DNA of 64,000 nucleotides from an uncultured bacterium (GTDB lineage Bacteria; Bacillota_I; Bacilli_A; RFN20; CAG-826): NCBI GenBank assembly GCA_949297055.1, contig CASFRI010000035.1, positions 16,348 to 80,347 of the forward strand, read 5' to 3'. Shown piece by piece: positions 52,417 to 64,000 of this stretch (position 1 is its first letter; each line of letters starts with the position of its first letter). The notes under the pieces were generated by a model. It saw only the letters and a program-made list of their open reading frames with translations, ran no database searches and was not told where the DNA came from. The position numbers and the translations under genes were made by a program.

Positions 52417-52617
52417 ATGGGTATTAAAAAATATTTCAAGGAAGTTGTTAGAGAAGGTTCAAGAGTGCGTTGGCCTCATCGTGAACAATTATTACCTGCT
52501 CTTGGAGTTGTTCTTCTCGTCGCTATTTTCACTGCTTTATTCTTGATGCTTGAAGATTTAGCTTCCGGCACACTTATTCAACAACTTCACAACGCTTTCT
52601 CAAGCATAGGAGGTTAA
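52417..52617 (+). CDS. secE: Preprotein translocase subunit SecE
   Basis: MGIKKYFKEVVREGSRVRWP plus a single TM helix. GGAG RBS. Confidence 0.88.
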   Translation: MGIKKYFKEVVREGSRVRWPHREQLLPALGVVLLVAIFTALFLMLEDLASGTLIQQLHNAFSSIGG

Positions 52618-52621
52618 TTGG

Positions 52622-53182
52622 ATGGAAGAAGAAAAGAAGTTAGGTGAAAAGGCGTGGTACGTCGTTTCCACCTATAGCGGAAATGAAGAAAAAGTCGCAG
52701 ATGCGTTAGAAAAAAGAAGAGAATCTTTTAATCTTCAACCTTACATTTATCGTATCATCGTCGCAACGCAGGAAGAACCAGTTTTAAAAGATGGCGTTCC
52801 TACTGATCAAATGAAGAAGAAAAATTTATATCCTTGCTACGTTTTCATCGAAATGATCATGACGGATGAAGCATGGTACATGGTAAGAAATACACCTGGC
52901 GTCACAGGTTTCGTCGGTTCTTCTGGTGGTGGTGCAAAGCCATTCCCAGTTCCTCCTGAACAGATCGAACCAGTGCTCAAACGCATGGGTATGGTCGATA
53001 GTGCGATGTATGATCGTTATAACGTAGGCGATAATGTGAAAGTTATCCACGGCGCCTTAGAGGGTACAGAAGGTAAGATTACAAGTATCGACCGTGAGAC
53101 TGGCCAAGTAAGAGTGGAAACTATCTTCTTTGGGCGCGTAACTCCAGTCGATGTCGATTTCTCTGAAATTGAAAAAATTTAA
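52622..53182 (+). CDS. nusG: Transcription termination/antitermination factor NusG
   Basis: NGN domain KAWYVVSTYSGNE. C-terminal KOW domain. Confidence 0.93.
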   Translation: MEEEKKLGEKAWYVVSTYSGNEEKVADALEKRRESFNLQPYIYRIIVATQEEPVLKDGVPTDQMKKKNLYPCYVFIEMIMTDEAWYMVRNTPGVTGFVGSSGGGAKPFPVPPEQIEPVLKRMGMVDSAMYDRYNVGDNVKVIHGALEGTEGKITSIDRETGQVRVETIFFGRVTPVDVDFSEIEKI

Positions 53183-53193
53183 TGAAAAAGATA

Positions 53194-53228
53194 GACCTTT
53201 AGGAAAAATAAACCTAAAGGTTTTTTCT
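53194..53228 (+). terminator. Rho-independent terminator after nusG
   Basis: gacctttagg-aaaaataaa-cctaaaggt followed by tttttt. Confidence 0.65.
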
Positions 53229-53244
53229 TGTTTTTAATATAAAT

Positions 53245-53297
53245 ATGAATAATCATTCATTTTTTAATTGACAAATATGAACACTCATTCATATAAT
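53245..53297 (+). promoter_or_regulatory. Promoter (TTGACA-18-TATAAT) overlapped by two imperfect inverted repeats (candidate ArsR/SmtB operator)
   Basis: atgaataatcattcat at 53245-53260, atatgaacactcattcatat at 53275-53294, ttgaca at 53268-53273, tataat at 53292-53297. Confidence 0.5.
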
Positions 53298-53316
53298 AAT
53301 AGCCGAGGTGAAATGT

Positions 53317-53634
53317 ATGATTGATCAATATATCGATGATGAAACAATTGAAGAGATGGAACAATTGCTCAATGTTGCATCTGATTTTACTCGTTTAAAA
53401 ATAATGCACGCTTTATTAAGTGGCGAAAAGAATGTTGGTGAATTAATTGAGTTAGTAGGGGCGTCTCAGTCCTTAGTATCTCATCAGTTACAAGTATTAA
53501 GAAATAATCGTCTCGTCAGCGTGCGCAAAGACAAGACGCGCGTTTATTATCGACTTAATGATGAACATATTAATAAATTGTTCGAAGTCGTCTATGAGCA
53601 CGTGAAAGAAAAGAAGACGAATGAGGAAAAATAA
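53317..53634 (+). CDS. ArsR/SmtB-family metalloregulator with an alpha5 DxHx10HxxE site (CzrA/SmtB-type)
   Basis: wHTH segment VGELIELVGASQSLVSHQLQVLRNNRLV. LNDEHINKLFEVVYEHVKE matches D-x-H-x10-H-x-x-E. Confidence 0.75.
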   Translation: MIDQYIDDETIEEMEQLLNVASDFTRLKIMHALLSGEKNVGELIELVGASQSLVSHQLQVLRNNRLVSVRKDKTRVYYRLNDEHINKLFEVVYEHVKEKKTNEEK

Positions 53635-53637
53635 ATT

Positions 53638-55770
53638 ATGGAAGAGATATTTGTTTTACGAGGCGCAAGTGAAAAATTAAGTAAGGAAAATATCGAAGCA
53701 CCTTTTCTTAAATTAAATAATGTTAAAGAGGTTCATTTTGATGAAGAAACATCTCATCTTACTTTAGTATATACTGATAAACTTATAAATATTCATAAAT
53801 TAAATAAGTTAATTAAAAGATCATTAGGAGATGACATATCCGTTGAATATTTATCTTCTAAAGAATCGAAGAAAGAAAAAGTTATTGGCAAAGAAGAAAT
53901 ATTATTAATATCTCGTATCTTAATTTCTTTAACTATTTTGCTTCTTTCGATGTTTTGGCTTACTCCAACTTATGAAAACACAAATTTATATTATATTCCT
54001 ATCATTACTTATGTTATTGGCTGGTTTATCGTTAGTTACGATGTTTTATGGGAAATAGTAGAAAATATCATTCATAAGGAAAATTTCTTTGATGAATCCT
54101 TATTAATGTCTATTGCTTCTATCGGAGCTTTTGCTATCCAAGAATATTTTGAAGGTTGTTTAGTCATGATACTTTCTCAAGTTGGAGAATTATTTGAACA
54201 TATTTCATTACATCGTTCCAAAAATGCGATTGTTGATGCGACCGACTTAAGGCCTAAAACCGCAACTATTTTAAGAAATAATAAATTAATTACTTTAAGA
54301 GCAGAAGACGTTAAAGTAGGGGATGTAATCTACATTAAAGTTGGCGATACAATTGCTTGTGATGGTGAAGTTATAGCAGGGGAAGGAAGAGTTAATACTT
54401 CTTCTTTAACTGGTGAATCTTATCCAATTTTATTAAAGGAAGGTAGCCTTGCTTTAAGTGGTTACATTTTAGAAAGTGGGGAATTAAGAATTAAAGTTAA
54501 CAAAGCTTATGAAGATTCGACTATCGCTAAAGTGATTGAATTAGTATCTAATTCGCAAGAAAATAAATCCAAAACTGAAAGTTTTATTACTAAGTTCGCA
54601 AAATGGTATACGCCATGTGTTGCCTTTTTAGCTCTCTTTACTCTCATTGTTGGAGGCGCGGCGAGCGGAGAATGGTTAAAATGGACTTATAATGCCTTAA
54701 ATTTCTTAGTTATTTCTTGCCCTTGCGCGATTGTTATATCTATTCCATTAGCTTATTTTACCGGTATTGGCTTAGCGTCTAAAAACGGTATTATTATCAA
54801 AGGTGGGAATTATCTTGATGCTTTAAATTCGATGGAAAAATTATATTTTGATAAGACTGGCACAATTACGCAAGGTAAATTCTCTTTAGTTAGATACGAA
54901 GTTGTGGGTATGGAAGAAAAAGACTTTTTAGAGATGGTTTATCGCATTGAAAAAAGATCTAATCATCCGATAGGGAAAGCTATTGTTGATTCACTCGATT
55001 TAAAAATCGATAATGATTTTAAAGGTAGAAGTGAAGATATTCCAGGCTTCGGCTTAAAGGCTAATTACAAGAAAAATGAAGTTTTGATAGGCTCACGAAA
55101 ACTCATGGAAAAAGAAGGTGTAAATGTCCCATTAGTGGAAAGCTATAGTACTTTAATTTATGTTGCTTACAATAAAGAATATAAAGGTTATCTTGTCTTA
55201 GATGATAAGATTAAACTCGACGCCTATGATTTTGTTAAAAATTTAAAAAATAACTATGTTAAAGGCATTATGTTAACAGGAGATTTAAAAGGCTCAGCAG
55301 AAAGAGTAGCTAAAGAATTAGGTATCGCTAAGTATCATGCAGAACTTCTTCCAAGCGACAAATTAAATATCTTAGAAAATGACATTAAAGAAAATCCAAA
55401 AAGTGTTATTGGTTTCATGGGCGATGGGGTGAACGATGCACCATGTATCGCCAGGGCTAACGTCGGTATTGCTATGGGCGGATTAGGAAGCGATGTAACT
55501 GTAGAAAACGCAGATGTGGTCATCATGGATGATGCGCCAGAACGCGTTAATGACGCTATTAAAGTTGCAAGGGCTACTAGACTAAGAGCAATGGTGGATA
55601 TAAGCGTAGCGTTACTTGTCAAAGTGACGATTATGATTTTATCGTTATTAAGTCTAGTTCCTATGTGGGTAGCAGTCTTAGCAGATTCTGGTTTAGCGGT
55701 AGTGTTAATTATTTATAGTGTCTTATTGATTAGAAAGAAAATTCATAAGAAAAAAGAAATAGTCTTATAA
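53638..55770 (+). CDS. P1B-type heavy-metal (Zn/Cd/Co-type) translocating ATPase
   Basis: CPC in TM6 (ISCPCAIVISIP), DKTGTIT, GDGVNDAP. The N-terminal domain is HMA-like but lacks the CxxC metal-binding motif. Confidence 0.8.
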   Translation: MEEIFVLRGASEKLSKENIEAPFLKLNNVKEVHFDEETSHLTLVYTDKLINIHKLNKLIKRSLGDDISVEYLSSKESKKEKVIGKEEILLISRILISLTILLLSMFWLTPTYENTNLYYIPIITYVIGWFIVSYDVLWEIVENIIHKENFFDESLLMSIASIGAFAIQEYFEGCLVMILSQVGELFEHISLHRSKNAIVDATDLRPKTATILRNNKLITLRAEDVKVGDVIYIKVGDTIACDGEVIAGEGRVNTSSLTGESYPILLKEGSLALSGYILESGELRIKVNKAYEDSTIAKVIELVSNSQENKSKTESFITKFAKWYTPCVAFLALFTLIVGGAASGEWLKWTYNALNFLVISCPCAIVISIPLAYFTGIGLASKNGIIIKGGNYLDALNSMEKLYFDKTGTITQGKFSLVRYEVVGMEEKDFLEMVYRIEKRSNHPIGKAIVDSLDLKIDNDFKGRSEDIPGFGLKANYKKNEVLIGSRKLMEKEGVNVPLVESYSTLIYVAYNKEYKGYLVLDDKIKLDAYDFVKNLKNNYVKGIMLTGDLKGSAERVAKELGIAKYHAELLPSDKLNILENDIKENPKSVIGFMGDGVNDAPCIARANVGIAMGGLGSDVTVENADVVIMDDAPERVNDAIKVARATRLRAMVDISVALLVKVTIMILSLLSLVPMWVAVLADSGLAVVLIIYSVLLIRKKIHKKKEIVL

Positions 55771-56170
55771 AGAAAAGTCGTTAGAAATCCTAACGATTTT
55801 TTCTTAAATTTAAAAAAATATTTTTCTTCTAGTTTCACTTTAAAAATATACGCTTGTGATAAATTAGATAAAAAAGTCATTTTTGCGGCAAAAATGATTT
55901 ATTGAGTTGTAAATTTCCGCCATAATTCGATAATAAGCGTGAGAAAATGAATAAAAAAATATTAATAAACATATCGTTTCACATACATGAATTGATTGCT
56001 ATATTTTATTTTAATAAAAATTTCATTTGCGATATGGCGCCTATTTATATATAATGTGCAAAGCGTGTTTATTCACATACATGTATAAGCACATATGTTT
56101 GTGGGAGGATATAGCGAGTATCCAAGATTACACCACAACCACAAAAAAATTACTTTAGGAGGTAAGTCAC

Positions 56171-56584
56171 GTGGCAAAGAAAATCGCAAAAGTCGTGAAG
56201 ATGGAACTCGAAGGCGGGAACGCTAAACCGGGACCAAAACTTGCTTCAGCTGGTATCGTGATGCCAAAATTCTGCACCGATTTCAACGCTAAGACGGCTG
56301 ACCGTCGTGGTGAAATTGTGCCTGTCATCATTACAGCTTACGAAGACAAGTCATTCGATTTCGTCATCAAGACATCCCCAGTAGCAGGTCTATTACTTAA
56401 GGCTGCTGGTATTGAAAAGGGTTCGGCTAACCCTAAGACGACCAAAGTCGGTCATATTAGCCGTGAACAATTAAGAAAGATTGCCGAGTATAAACTTGTC
56501 GATCTCAACTGCGACGATGTGGAAGCAGCGATGCGTATCATCGAAGGCTCCGCCCGAAATATGGGTATCGTCGTCGATGATTAA
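56171..56584 (+). CDS. rplK: 50S ribosomal protein L11
   Basis: Family match. GTG start with a GGAGG RBS. Confidence 0.92.
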   Translation: MAKKIAKVVKMELEGGNAKPGPKLASAGIVMPKFCTDFNAKTADRRGEIVPVIITAYEDKSFDFVIKTSPVAGLLLKAAGIEKGSANPKTTKVGHISREQLRKIAEYKLVDLNCDDVEAAMRIIEGSARNMGIVVDD

Positions 56585-56626
56585 GTGGGAGAGTAGTTCC
56601 GCTCGATTGGACCACTGGAGGAATTT

Positions 56627-57310
56627 ATGAGAAAAGGAAAGAAATACGTCAAAGCGGCTGAACTTGTGGAAAAAGGTAAGCTTTATACCATTGATGAAGC
56701 TGCTAAATTAGTAAAGGAAACTTCGACGACAAAATTTGATGCAACTGTCGATATGTCCTTTCATCTTAATATCGACCCGAAGCAAGCTGATCAACAACTT
56801 CGTGGTACGATTAATTTGCCCCATGGCAATGGTAAAGTTGTTCGCGTCTTAGCTATCACTCATAAAGTTGATGAAGCAAAAGATGCTGGCGCTGATTTCG
56901 TCGGTGGCAAAGAAATGCTTGAAAAAATTCAAAAAGAAAACTGGTTCGATTACGATGTCATCGTCGCGACTCCAGACATGATGGGTGAACTTGGACGTTT
57001 AGGTCGTATCTTAGGTCCAAAAGGGTTAATGCCTAACCCAAAAACAGGTACTGTTACGCAAGACATTGCCAAAGCTGTCAGCGAAATTAAAGCTGGTAAG
57101 GTGCAATATCGTAATGATCGTGATGGTAACATGCATGTCTCTGTCGGCCGTGTCTCGTTTGAAGAAACAAAACTTAGCGATAATATGCGTGCTGTCGTCG
57201 ACCATATTCTTCGTATTAGACCTAGTGCCGTCAAAGGTACATACGTCTTAACATGCGTCGTTCATACGACTATGGGCCCATCTATTCCATTACTTGTTAG
57301 TGCGAAATAA
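56627..57310 (+). CDS. rplA: 50S ribosomal protein L1
   Basis: Family match. Confidence 0.93.
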   Translation: MRKGKKYVKAAELVEKGKLYTIDEAAKLVKETSTTKFDATVDMSFHLNIDPKQADQQLRGTINLPHGNGKVVRVLAITHKVDEAKDAGADFVGGKEMLEKIQKENWFDYDVIVATPDMMGELGRLGRILGPKGLMPNPKTGTVTQDIAKAVSEIKAGKVQYRNDRDGNMHVSVGRVSFEETKLSDNMRAVVDHILRIRPSAVKGTYVLTCVVHTTMGPSIPLLVSAK

Positions 57311-57496
57311 TTGACCCAAAATTCCATTTGTTGGCGAGCATTCAATATACCTTAGACCGCAACGGCAAAGGTGCTTAATAATGTTGCGTAGGAAAAGAAT
57401 GTAAGACATTCATCTCACTTTGTGAGATTGACTACTAAAAGAAGTATATTGAAAGCCTCATATAAAAAACTTAAAGAAGGAGGTGAACACTTAACG
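57311..57496 (+). promoter_or_regulatory. rplJ (L10) operon leader region, candidate L10(L12)4 autoregulatory RNA element
   Basis: 186-nt untranslated region before rplJ, in the conserved position of the L10 leader. No secondary-structure validation is possible here. Confidence 0.35.
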
Positions 57497-57982
57497 ATGA
57501 ATCAAAACACATTGAAAGCTAAAGAAGAACTCGTCTCAAAGATTGCCGCGGATGTTAAAGAACATCAAGCCATGGCTATCGTTGAATATCGTGGTTTATC
57601 AGTCTCTGAGATTTCTGACCTTAGAAAGCAACTTAAGAAAGAAAATGCTTCCATGGTCGTCTTCAAAAACTCGCTCGTAGAAAGAGCGATGGCTAACCTT
57701 GGTTATACTGGATTTGATGAATGGCTCACTGGCCCTAATGCTTACGTTTTCTTAAGCGAAGTAACGGGTGGATCAAAAGTCATCATGAAATATTCACGTC
57801 GTAACCCCAAACTCGTCGTTAAAGGCGGTGTCGTCGAAGGTCAAAAAGTCGATGCTGCTAAATTGAAGGAACTCTCTAATATCCCAGGCCGCGAAGGTCT
57901 CATCTCGATGTTCCTTTCTGTGCTTCAAGCACCAGTCCGTCAATTCGCGTGTACTGTTAAAGCAATTGCGGAAAAACAATAA
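57497..57982 (+). CDS. rplJ: 50S ribosomal protein L10
   Basis: MNQNTLKAKEELVSKIA… with an AAGGAGGTG RBS. The ORF-track start at 57422 is an artefactual extension. Confidence 0.9.
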   Translation: MNQNTLKAKEELVSKIAADVKEHQAMAIVEYRGLSVSEISDLRKQLKKENASMVVFKNSLVERAMANLGYTGFDEWLTGPNAYVFLSEVTGGSKVIMKYSRRNPKLVVKGGVVEGQKVDAAKLKELSNIPGREGLISMFLSVLQAPVRQFACTVKAIAEKQ

Positions 57983-58015
57983 TCAATTAGCTGAATTTAG
58001 GAGGAAAAAATATTT

Positions 58016-58396
58016 ATGGCTAAATTAACCAAAGAAGAAATCGTCGAATCATTGAAAGAAATGACGGTTGTCGAACTCAATGATCTTGTCAAATTATGTG
58101 AAGAAACATTCGGTGTAACAGCAGCTGCTCCAGTGGCTGGTGTCGCCGTTGCACACGAAGAAGAAGAAGGTCCAGCACAAGGACCAACCGAAGTCACTTT
58201 AACCTTAGTCAAACCTGGCCAAAGCAAAGTGGCTGTCATCAAAGCTGTCCAAGCTATTACTGGCTTAGGCTTAATGGATGCAAAAAAATTAGTGGATGCT
58301 GTTCCAGCAGTTATTAAAGAAAAGATTTCTCCAGTCGAAGCTGAAGAACATAAGAAAGCTCTCGTCGAAGCTGGCGCAGAAGTCGAAATTAAATAA
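58016..58396 (+). CDS. rplL: 50S ribosomal protein L7/L12
   Basis: Family match. Confidence 0.95.
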   Translation: MAKLTKEEIVESLKEMTVVELNDLVKLCEETFGVTAAAPVAGVAVAHEEEEGPAQGPTEVTLTLVKPGQSKVAVIKAVQAITGLGLMDAKKLVDAVPAVIKEKISPVEAEEHKKALVEAGAEVEIK

Positions 58397-58418
58397 GCAT
58401 AATTTCTTAAAATTAAAA

Positions 58419-58455
58419 GCTCTTCTAAGGGGTAGTATTGCCTTCTTAGAAGAGC
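58419..58455 (+). terminator. Hairpin (partial terminator/attenuator) between rplL and rpoB
   Basis: gctcttctaag-N15-cttagaagagc followed by gtttcc (a weak U-tract). Confidence 0.4.
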
Positions 58456-58578
58456 GTTTCCATTTAAAATTGCTCGTTACACTATATATAGTGTGAACAT
58501 AAATTAACCCATCATTGTTGGCTGACGCAGTCACAAAAAAATAAATTGCGTAACTTCATGAAGTAAAGGAGCCATTAC

Positions 58579-61500
58579 ATGAAAAATATAGTTGAAAAAC
58601 CATTGTTAAATAACGATCGTCTCGACTTCTCCAAGATTTCTGGTAAATTACCTTTACCTTACTTAGTGGAAATTCAAACCGATTCTTATAAACATTTGAT
58701 GGATGAAGGAATCGATGAAGTATTCAATGACGTCTTTCCAATTTACAATAACTATTCGGAATCGATGCGTTTAGAATACGTTTCGCATGAATTTGAACCC
58801 GCTAAATATAGTTTTCTTGAATGTAAGGAAAGAGATTTAAATTATAGTGCGCCTCTTCGCGTAACTTTAAGGCTCGTTCTTCCATCCGGCGAATATAAAG
58901 AAGGAAAAGTGTTCATGGGTGAATTCCCTCTCATGACTGATTCCGGTACCTTTATCATCTCTGGGGTGGAAAGAGTCATCGTCTCTCAAATTGTGCGTTC
59001 TCCAGGTGCTTATCTTTCTAAGGATTTAGAAAAGACTGGTATCTATCGCTACGAAGCTGATTTGATTCCTGCACGTGGTACATGGTTACAATTTGAAAGC
59101 GATAGCAAAAATTTATTGAACGTTCGTATCGACCGTCAAAGAAAGATGTTCGCGTCTATCCTACTTAAAGCATTAGGGATGGAAAAGGATGAAGATATCG
59201 TCGAAATTTTTGGCGATCATCCGATGCTCATCAATACTTTATCTAAAGATAAACAAACCGATTCTAAACTTAAAGCCTTAACGGAAATTTTCCAAAAACT
59301 CAAACCAGGTGAACCAGTGACAGTCGAAGGTGTCAAAAATTTCTTATTCCAAAAATTCTTCGACGAAAAACGTTACGATTTAGGCAACGCTGGTCGATAT
59401 AAATATCGTCGCAAACTTGGCATTTATAATCGTCTTGTCGGACGTATTCTTGCTGAAAATCTAGTGGATGCGGATGGTGTCTTAACTTTTAAATCCGGTC
59501 ATTTGATGTCTTTATCTGACGTTAACGATTTAAGAGATAAACGTTTCTTTGAAACAGGTGCACATCAATTTGTTTTACCTAATAATCCAGATTTAGATAA
59601 CAATAGTATCGTTAACATAGTTAAGGTCTACACGGATGATACGAAAAAACGTGTCGTCAACATCGTTGGCACCGACTTAAATCTTGAAAGCAAACATGTG
59701 ACGACTTCTGATATCTATGCGACATTCTCTTATTTTATGAATGTTATCGAAGGCTTTGGCGATACGGACGATATCGACCATTTATCCAATCGTCGTGTCC
59801 GTTGTGTGGGTGAACTTATCCAACAACAAATTCGTATTGGTCTTACAAAGATGGCTAAAGCGGTCCAACAAAGAATGTCTATCGCGGACGTGGATACGAT
59901 TACGCCTGCATCCTTAATTAATATTAGACCTTTGACTGCGGCTATTAGAGAATTCTTCGCTTCCAGTCAATTATCGCAATTTATGGATCAGACGAATCCT
60001 CTTGCTGAACTTACAAATAAACGTCGTATTTCAGCTTTAGGTCCAGGTGGTTTAACCCGTGACCGTGCCTCGATGGAAGTGCGTGACGTTCACTACACCC
60101 ATTACGGGCGTATTTGTCCAATCGAAACACCAGAAGGGCAAAACATTGGTTTAATTAATAACCTCGCAACTTATGCGAAAGTTAATAAATATGGCTTCAT
60201 TGAAACGCCTTATCGTCGCGTCGATAAGAAAAAACATGTCGTCACGGAAGAAAACGTTTATTTATCTGCCGATAAAGAACGTAACGTTATCATCGCTCAG
60301 GCTAACGTTCATCTAGATCCAGTGACTCATGAAATTTTAGATGAACTTGTCATCGCTCGTCATAATGGTGAAAATATCGTAGCGAGAAGAGAAGATGTCG
60401 ATTATATCGACGTTTCGCCAAAACAAATCGTTTCGGTCGCTTCTGCTTGTATTCCATTCTTAGAAAACGATGACACGATGCGTGCTCTTATGGGTGCGAA
60501 CATGCAACGTCAAGCTTTACCTTTACTTCGCCCACACGCTCCTTACGTTGGCACAGGCTTAGAACATCTCATCGCTCGTGACTCCGGCTTAGCGGTCGTA
60601 GCGACAGGAGATGGAAAAGTTACTTACGTCGATTGTAAGACGATTAAAGTTAAAGAACCCAAAGTTAAAGAACAACGTGTTTATACATTACAAAAATTTG
60701 ATCGCTCTAACCAAGGTACTTGCATCAATCAAGTTCCAGTGGTCAAAGTGGGTGATGAAATTAAACGTGGCCAAATTATCGCTGATGGGCCTGCGATGGA
60801 ACATGGCGATTTAGCACTCGGTCAAAACGTCACTATTGCCTTCATGATGTGGAATGGTTACAACTACGAAGACGCTGTCATCATGAGTGAAAAATTAGTG
60901 AAAGATGATGCTTATACTTCTATTCATATTGAGAAATATGAAATTGAATGTCGAAGCACCAAAATTGGTGATGAAAGAATCACGCGTGATCTACCTAACG
61001 TCAATGAAGACGCTAAAGCGTTCTTAGACGAAAGAGGTATCATCATTCCTGGTTCTAAAGTTAAAGAAGGGGATATCTTAGTCGGTAAGACGACACCTAA
61101 AGGTGCAAGTGATCCCACCCCTGAAGAAAAATTATTACAAGCTATCTTTGCTGATAAGACTAACGACCAACGTGAATCTTCTTTAAGAGTTCCACATGGT
61201 GGTGCTGGTATCGTTTTAGATGTCAAGATTTTCTCAAGAAAGAATAAAGATCAATTACCCGCTGGTGTGAATGAAGTAGTAAGAGTTTACATCGCTCAAA
61301 AACGTAAGATTTCCGAAGGCGATAAGATGTCAGGAAGGCACGGTAATAAAGGTGTTATTTCCCGTATTTTACCAGTGGAAGATATGCCATTCTTACCTGA
61401 TGGTACGCCTGTTGATATCATGCTTAACCCACTTGGTGTTCCAAGCCGTATGAACATTGGTCAAATTTTAGAGATCCATCTTGGTATGGCTTGTAAGAAA

Positions 61501-62163
61501 CTTTCAGAAAAATATGGTAAGCCATTTAAGATTGCTACTCCTGTCTTCGATGGTATTTCTAATGAAGAAATATTCAAGTTGATGGAAGAAGCTCAAATTT
61601 CTAAAGATGGTAAGACTGTCCTTTACGATGGTCGTACTGGTGAAAGATTCGACGAAAGAATTTCAGTCGGTGTCATGTACATGATTAAACTTGTCCACAT
61701 GGTCGATGATAAATTGCACGCTCGTGCGACTGGTCCATATTCTTTAGTCACTCAACAACCACTTGGCGGTAAAGCTCAAAATGGTGGTCAAAGATTTGGT
61801 GAGATGGAAGTTTGGGCACTCGAAGCTTATGGGGCAGCACATACTTTACAAGAAATTCTTACTATCAAATCTGATGATCGTATCGGAAGAAGAAAAGCTT
61901 ACGAAGCCATCATCACTAATAAGGAACTTCCTGAACCTGGAATTCCTGAAGCCTTCAAAGTGCTCACAAAAGAACTTCAAGGTCTTGGAATGGATGTTAA
62001 ACTCCTCAACCATAACGGCGAAGAAATCGATTTAGAAGCGATTGCGCGCGAAGCACAAAAAGAAGAAAGACACTCTCGTAAGAATGCAAGAGAAGAAGAA
62101 ATTGAGGAAGAATATGTTCCCGATGAAGAACTTTCCACGCGTTCTGACCGTGAGCTTGAATAA
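58579..62163 (+). CDS. rpoB: DNA-directed RNA polymerase subunit beta
   Basis: 1194 aa, RpoB family motifs throughout. Confidence 0.97.
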   Translation: MKNIVEKPLLNNDRLDFSKISGKLPLPYLVEIQTDSYKHLMDEGIDEVFNDVFPIYNNYSESMRLEYVSHEFEPAKYSFLECKERDLNYSAPLRVTLRLVLPSGEYKEGKVFMGEFPLMTDSGTFIISGVERVIVSQIVRSPGAYLSKDLEKTGIYRYEADLIPARGTWLQFESDSKNLLNVRIDRQRKMFASILLKALGMEKDEDIVEIFGDHPMLINTLSKDKQTDSKLKALTEIFQKLKPGEPVTVEGVKNFLFQKFFDEKRYDLGNAGRYKYRRKLGIYNRLVGRILAENLVDADGVLTFKSGHLMSLSDVNDLRDKRFFETGAHQFVLPNNPDLDNNSIVNIVKVYTDDTKKRVVNIVGTDLNLESKHVTTSDIYATFSYFMNVIEGFGDTDDIDHLSNRRVRCVGELIQQQIRIGLTKMAKAVQQRMSIADVDTITPASLINIRPLTAAIREFFASSQLSQFMDQTNPLAELTNKRRISALGPGGLTRDRASMEVRDVHYTHYGRICPIETPEGQNIGLINNLATYAKVNKYGFIETPYRRVDKKKHVVTEENVYLSADKERNVIIAQANVHLDPVTHEILDELVIARHNGENIVARREDVDYIDVSPKQIVSVASACIPFLENDDTMRALMGANMQRQALPLLRPHAPYVGTGLEHLIARDSGLAVVATGDGKVTYVDCKTIKVKEPKVKEQRVYTLQKFDRSNQGTCINQVPVVKVGDEIKRGQIIADGPAMEHGDLALGQNVTIAFMMWNGYNYEDAVIMSEKLVKDDAYTSIHIEKYEIECRSTKIGDERITRDLPNVNEDAKAFLDERGIIIPGSKVKEGDILVGKTTPKGASDPTPEEKLLQAIFADKTNDQRESSLRVPHGGAGIVLDVKIFSRKNKDQLPAGVNEVVRVYIAQKRKISEGDKMSGRHGNKGVISRILPVEDMPFLPDGTPVDIMLNPLGVPSRMNIGQILEIHLGMACKKLSEKYGKPFKIATPVFDGISNEEIFKLMEEAQISKDGKTVLYDGRTGERFDERISVGVMYMIKLVHMVDDKLHARATGPYSLVTQQPLGGKAQNGGQRFGEMEVWALEAYGAAHTLQEILTIKSDDRIGRRKAYEAIITNKELPEPGIPEAFKVLTKELQGLGMDVKLLNHNGEEIDLEAIAREAQKEERHSRKNAREEEIEEEYVPDEELSTRSDRELE

Positions 62164-62186
62164 TAAAAGAGGAGGTTAACTAGATT

Positions 62187-64000
62187 ATGTTCGATGTCAA
62201 TGATTTAGCCGCCATTAAGGTGGGACTTGCCTCGCCGGAAACGATTCGTTCCTGGTCACATGGCGAAGTGACGAAACCAGAAACGATCAACTATCGTTCC
62301 CAAAAACCTGAACCAGATGGTTTATTTTGCGAAAAAATCTTTGGTCCAAGTAAAGACTACGAATGTCATTGTGGTAAATATAAAAAGATTCGTTTCGCTG
62401 GTACGGTCTGCGAAAAATGTGGTGTTTTAGTTACTACTAAAGATGTACGTCGTGAACGTATGGGTTCCATCACTCTCGCTAGCCCATGTACTCATATTTG
62501 GTATTTGAAAGGTGTGCCTAGCCGCATCGGCTTAATTCTTGATGTTTCGCCAAAACATCTTGAAGAAGTCGTCTATTTTGCTGCACATATTTGTTTATAT
62601 CCAGGTAATTCAAAAGTTTTGTATAAAGCTCAATTCTTAGATGAAAGAACAGCAAGAGAAGTTTTCGTTTCTGTCATCGAAGAATTCAAAGAAAAATTAG
62701 ATCCAAATTCTTACGATTTTGAACTTGCTGAAAACTATATCACTAAGATGCAAAATCGTTATGAATCATTCGATTTCCAAACTATTTCCACTTTCATTTC
62801 TAAACATACGATCGATGAAGATGGTCGTGGTGCGGAATTTGGTGAAGGTGCGGAAGCTATTAAACGTCTTCTTAGCGAAGTGGATTTAAACGCTGAATTT
62901 AACGAAGTTAGTCGCAAAATTCGAGAAGAAGCTAACAAAAACAAAAAGAACAATCAAGTGTTTGAAAAACTTAAAAAGAGACTCGAAGTTATCGAAGCTT
63001 TTAGACATTCTGGTAATAAGCCTGAATGGATGGTCTTAGATGTCATTCCTGTCATTCCACCTGATCTACGTCCAATGCTTCAACTTGATGGTGGTAGATT
63101 TGCCACTTCCGATTTAAACGATTTATATCGTCGTGTCATCACGCGTAACTCCCGTTTACGTCGTCTCATCGAAATGAATGCACCTTACGTTATTTTGATG
63201 AACGAAAAACGTATGTTACAAGAAGCAGTGGATGCTTTGATCGACAATGGTCGTAGAAATAAAGCCGTTACTGGTTCTGGTTCACGTCCTTTGAAATCTT
63301 TATCAAGTGCTTTAAAAGGTAAGCAAGGACGTTTTAGACAAAACTTACTCGGTAAACGTGTCGACTTCTCTGGACGTTCCGTCATCGCAGTTGGACCAGA
63401 CCTTAAGATGTATCAATGTGGTCTCCCACGTGAGATGGCTATTCAACTTCTTCGTCCATTCATTGCTTCTAGACTTATTCGCGATGGTGTTTGCAATGCG
63501 CACAAGATTGCTGACAAGATCATTGATCGTCGCGATGAAAAAGTCTTTGAAATATTAGAAGAAATTATTTCTTCTCACCCAGTGTTATTAAACCGCGCAC
63601 CGACGCTACACCGTCTTGGCATCCAAGCTTTCCAACCGAAACTTGTCGATGGTCGTGCAATTAGACTCCACCCCTTAGTCTGTACCGGATTTAACGCTGA
63701 CTTCGATGGTGACCAAATGGCAGTACATGTTCCACTTGGTAAAGCTGCACAAGAAGAAGCATTAAATTTGATGCTTGCTAGCAATAACATCCTTGGTCCA
63801 AAAGATGGTAAGCCAATCGTTACCCCATCGCAAGATATGGTTCTTGGTATCTATTATTTAACCTTGGAAGCAAGTAAAGAAGACTTCCTTAAAAAAGCTC
63901 AAAAGCTTCACGATTTAGGTGATGAAGAAGAAGCGGAAAAATATGAACTTTACGCTAAAGAAGAAGGCAAAGTCTTCGCTAGTGTAAATGAAGTGTTACA
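62187..64000 (+). CDS. rpoC: DNA-directed RNA polymerase subunit beta' (5' part, continues beyond the window)
   Basis: Not in the ORF track because it has no stop in the window. [23 protein letters not shown]…, the Zn finger [21 protein letters not shown], and [12 protein letters not shown]. Confidence 0.95.
   Translation, partial: MFDVNDLAAIKVGLASPETIRSWSHGEVTKPETINYRSQKPEPDGLFCEKIFGPSKDYECHCGKYKKIRFAGTVCEKCGVLVTTKDVRRERMGSITLASPCTHIWYLKGVPSRIGLILDVSPKHLEEVVYFAAHICLYPGNSKVLYKAQFLDERTAREVFVSVIEEFKEKLDPNSYDFELAENYITKMQNRYESFDFQTISTFISKHTIDEDGRGAEFGEGAEAIKRLLSEVDLNAEFNEVSRKIREEANKNKKNNQVFEKLKKRLEVIEAFRHSGNKPEWMVLDVIPVIPPDLRPMLQLDGGRFATSDLNDLYRRVITRNSRLRRLIEMNAPYVILMNEKRMLQEAVDALIDNGRRNKAVTGSGSRPLKSLSSALKGKQGRFRQNLLGKRVDFSGRSVIAVGPDLKMYQCGLPREMAIQLLRPFIASRLIRDGVCNAHKIADKIIDRRDEKVFEILEEIISSHPVLLNRAPTLHRLGIQAFQPKLVDGRAIRLHPLVCTGFNADFDGDQMAVHVPLGKAAQEEALNLMLASNNILGPKDGKPIVTPSQDMVLGIYYLTLEASKEDFLKKAQKLHDLGDEEEAEKYELYAKEEGKVFASVNEVL

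Noticed and set aside
55771-56170. 400-nt AT-rich region upstream of rplK considered for a small gene or L11/L1 leader element
   Set aside because: No ORF with an RBS, and no clear structural signature I can verify by eye. It is probably a promoter/leader but is left unannotated.

Overview
Low-GC bacterial chromosome segment. The gene order is Firmicutes/Mollicutes-like, and TGA is used as a stop codon (for example at the end of prs), so the organism is not a UGA=Trp mycoplasma. The lipobox proteins, the extended ribosomal proteins and the [FeFe] hydrogenase fit an anaerobic Acholeplasma/Anaeroplasma/Erysipelotrichia-like lineage.

Core content, in order:
- smpB-folC, then a queuosine salvage cluster queT-tgt-queA-queH.
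- The complete S10-spc-alpha ribosomal super-operon, rpsJ through rplQ, with secY-adk-map-infA-rpmJ. rpmD is absent.
- glnA on the minus strand.
- NAD-dependent dihydropyrimidine dehydrogenase preT-preA, and a hydCBA trimeric NuoEF-type [FeFe] hydrogenase preceded by a second PreT/GltD-like paralog.
- cysS-mgtC-rlmB-sigH-rpmG-secE-nusG, then rplK-rplA-rplJ-rplL-rpoB-rpoC. rpoC is partial at the window end.

Accessory content between these blocks:
- A two-gene minus-strand cassette flanked by a 37-bp hairpin-containing direct repeat, inserted just after the rplQ terminator. It encodes an HTH protein with a PARP-like H-G-S / GxGxY signature plus a partner protein.
- A tandem family of four paralogous lipoproteins, one of them frameshifted.
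- A G10 homopolymer inside a promoter spacer, upstream of a seven-gene membrane / zinc-ribbon / SPFH-SHOCT cluster.
- A papain-like peptidase gene overlapped by a small lipoprotein gene.
- An arsR(CzrA-type)-P1B ATPase module inserted between nusG and rplK.

No rRNA, tRNA or CRISPR arrays were found.
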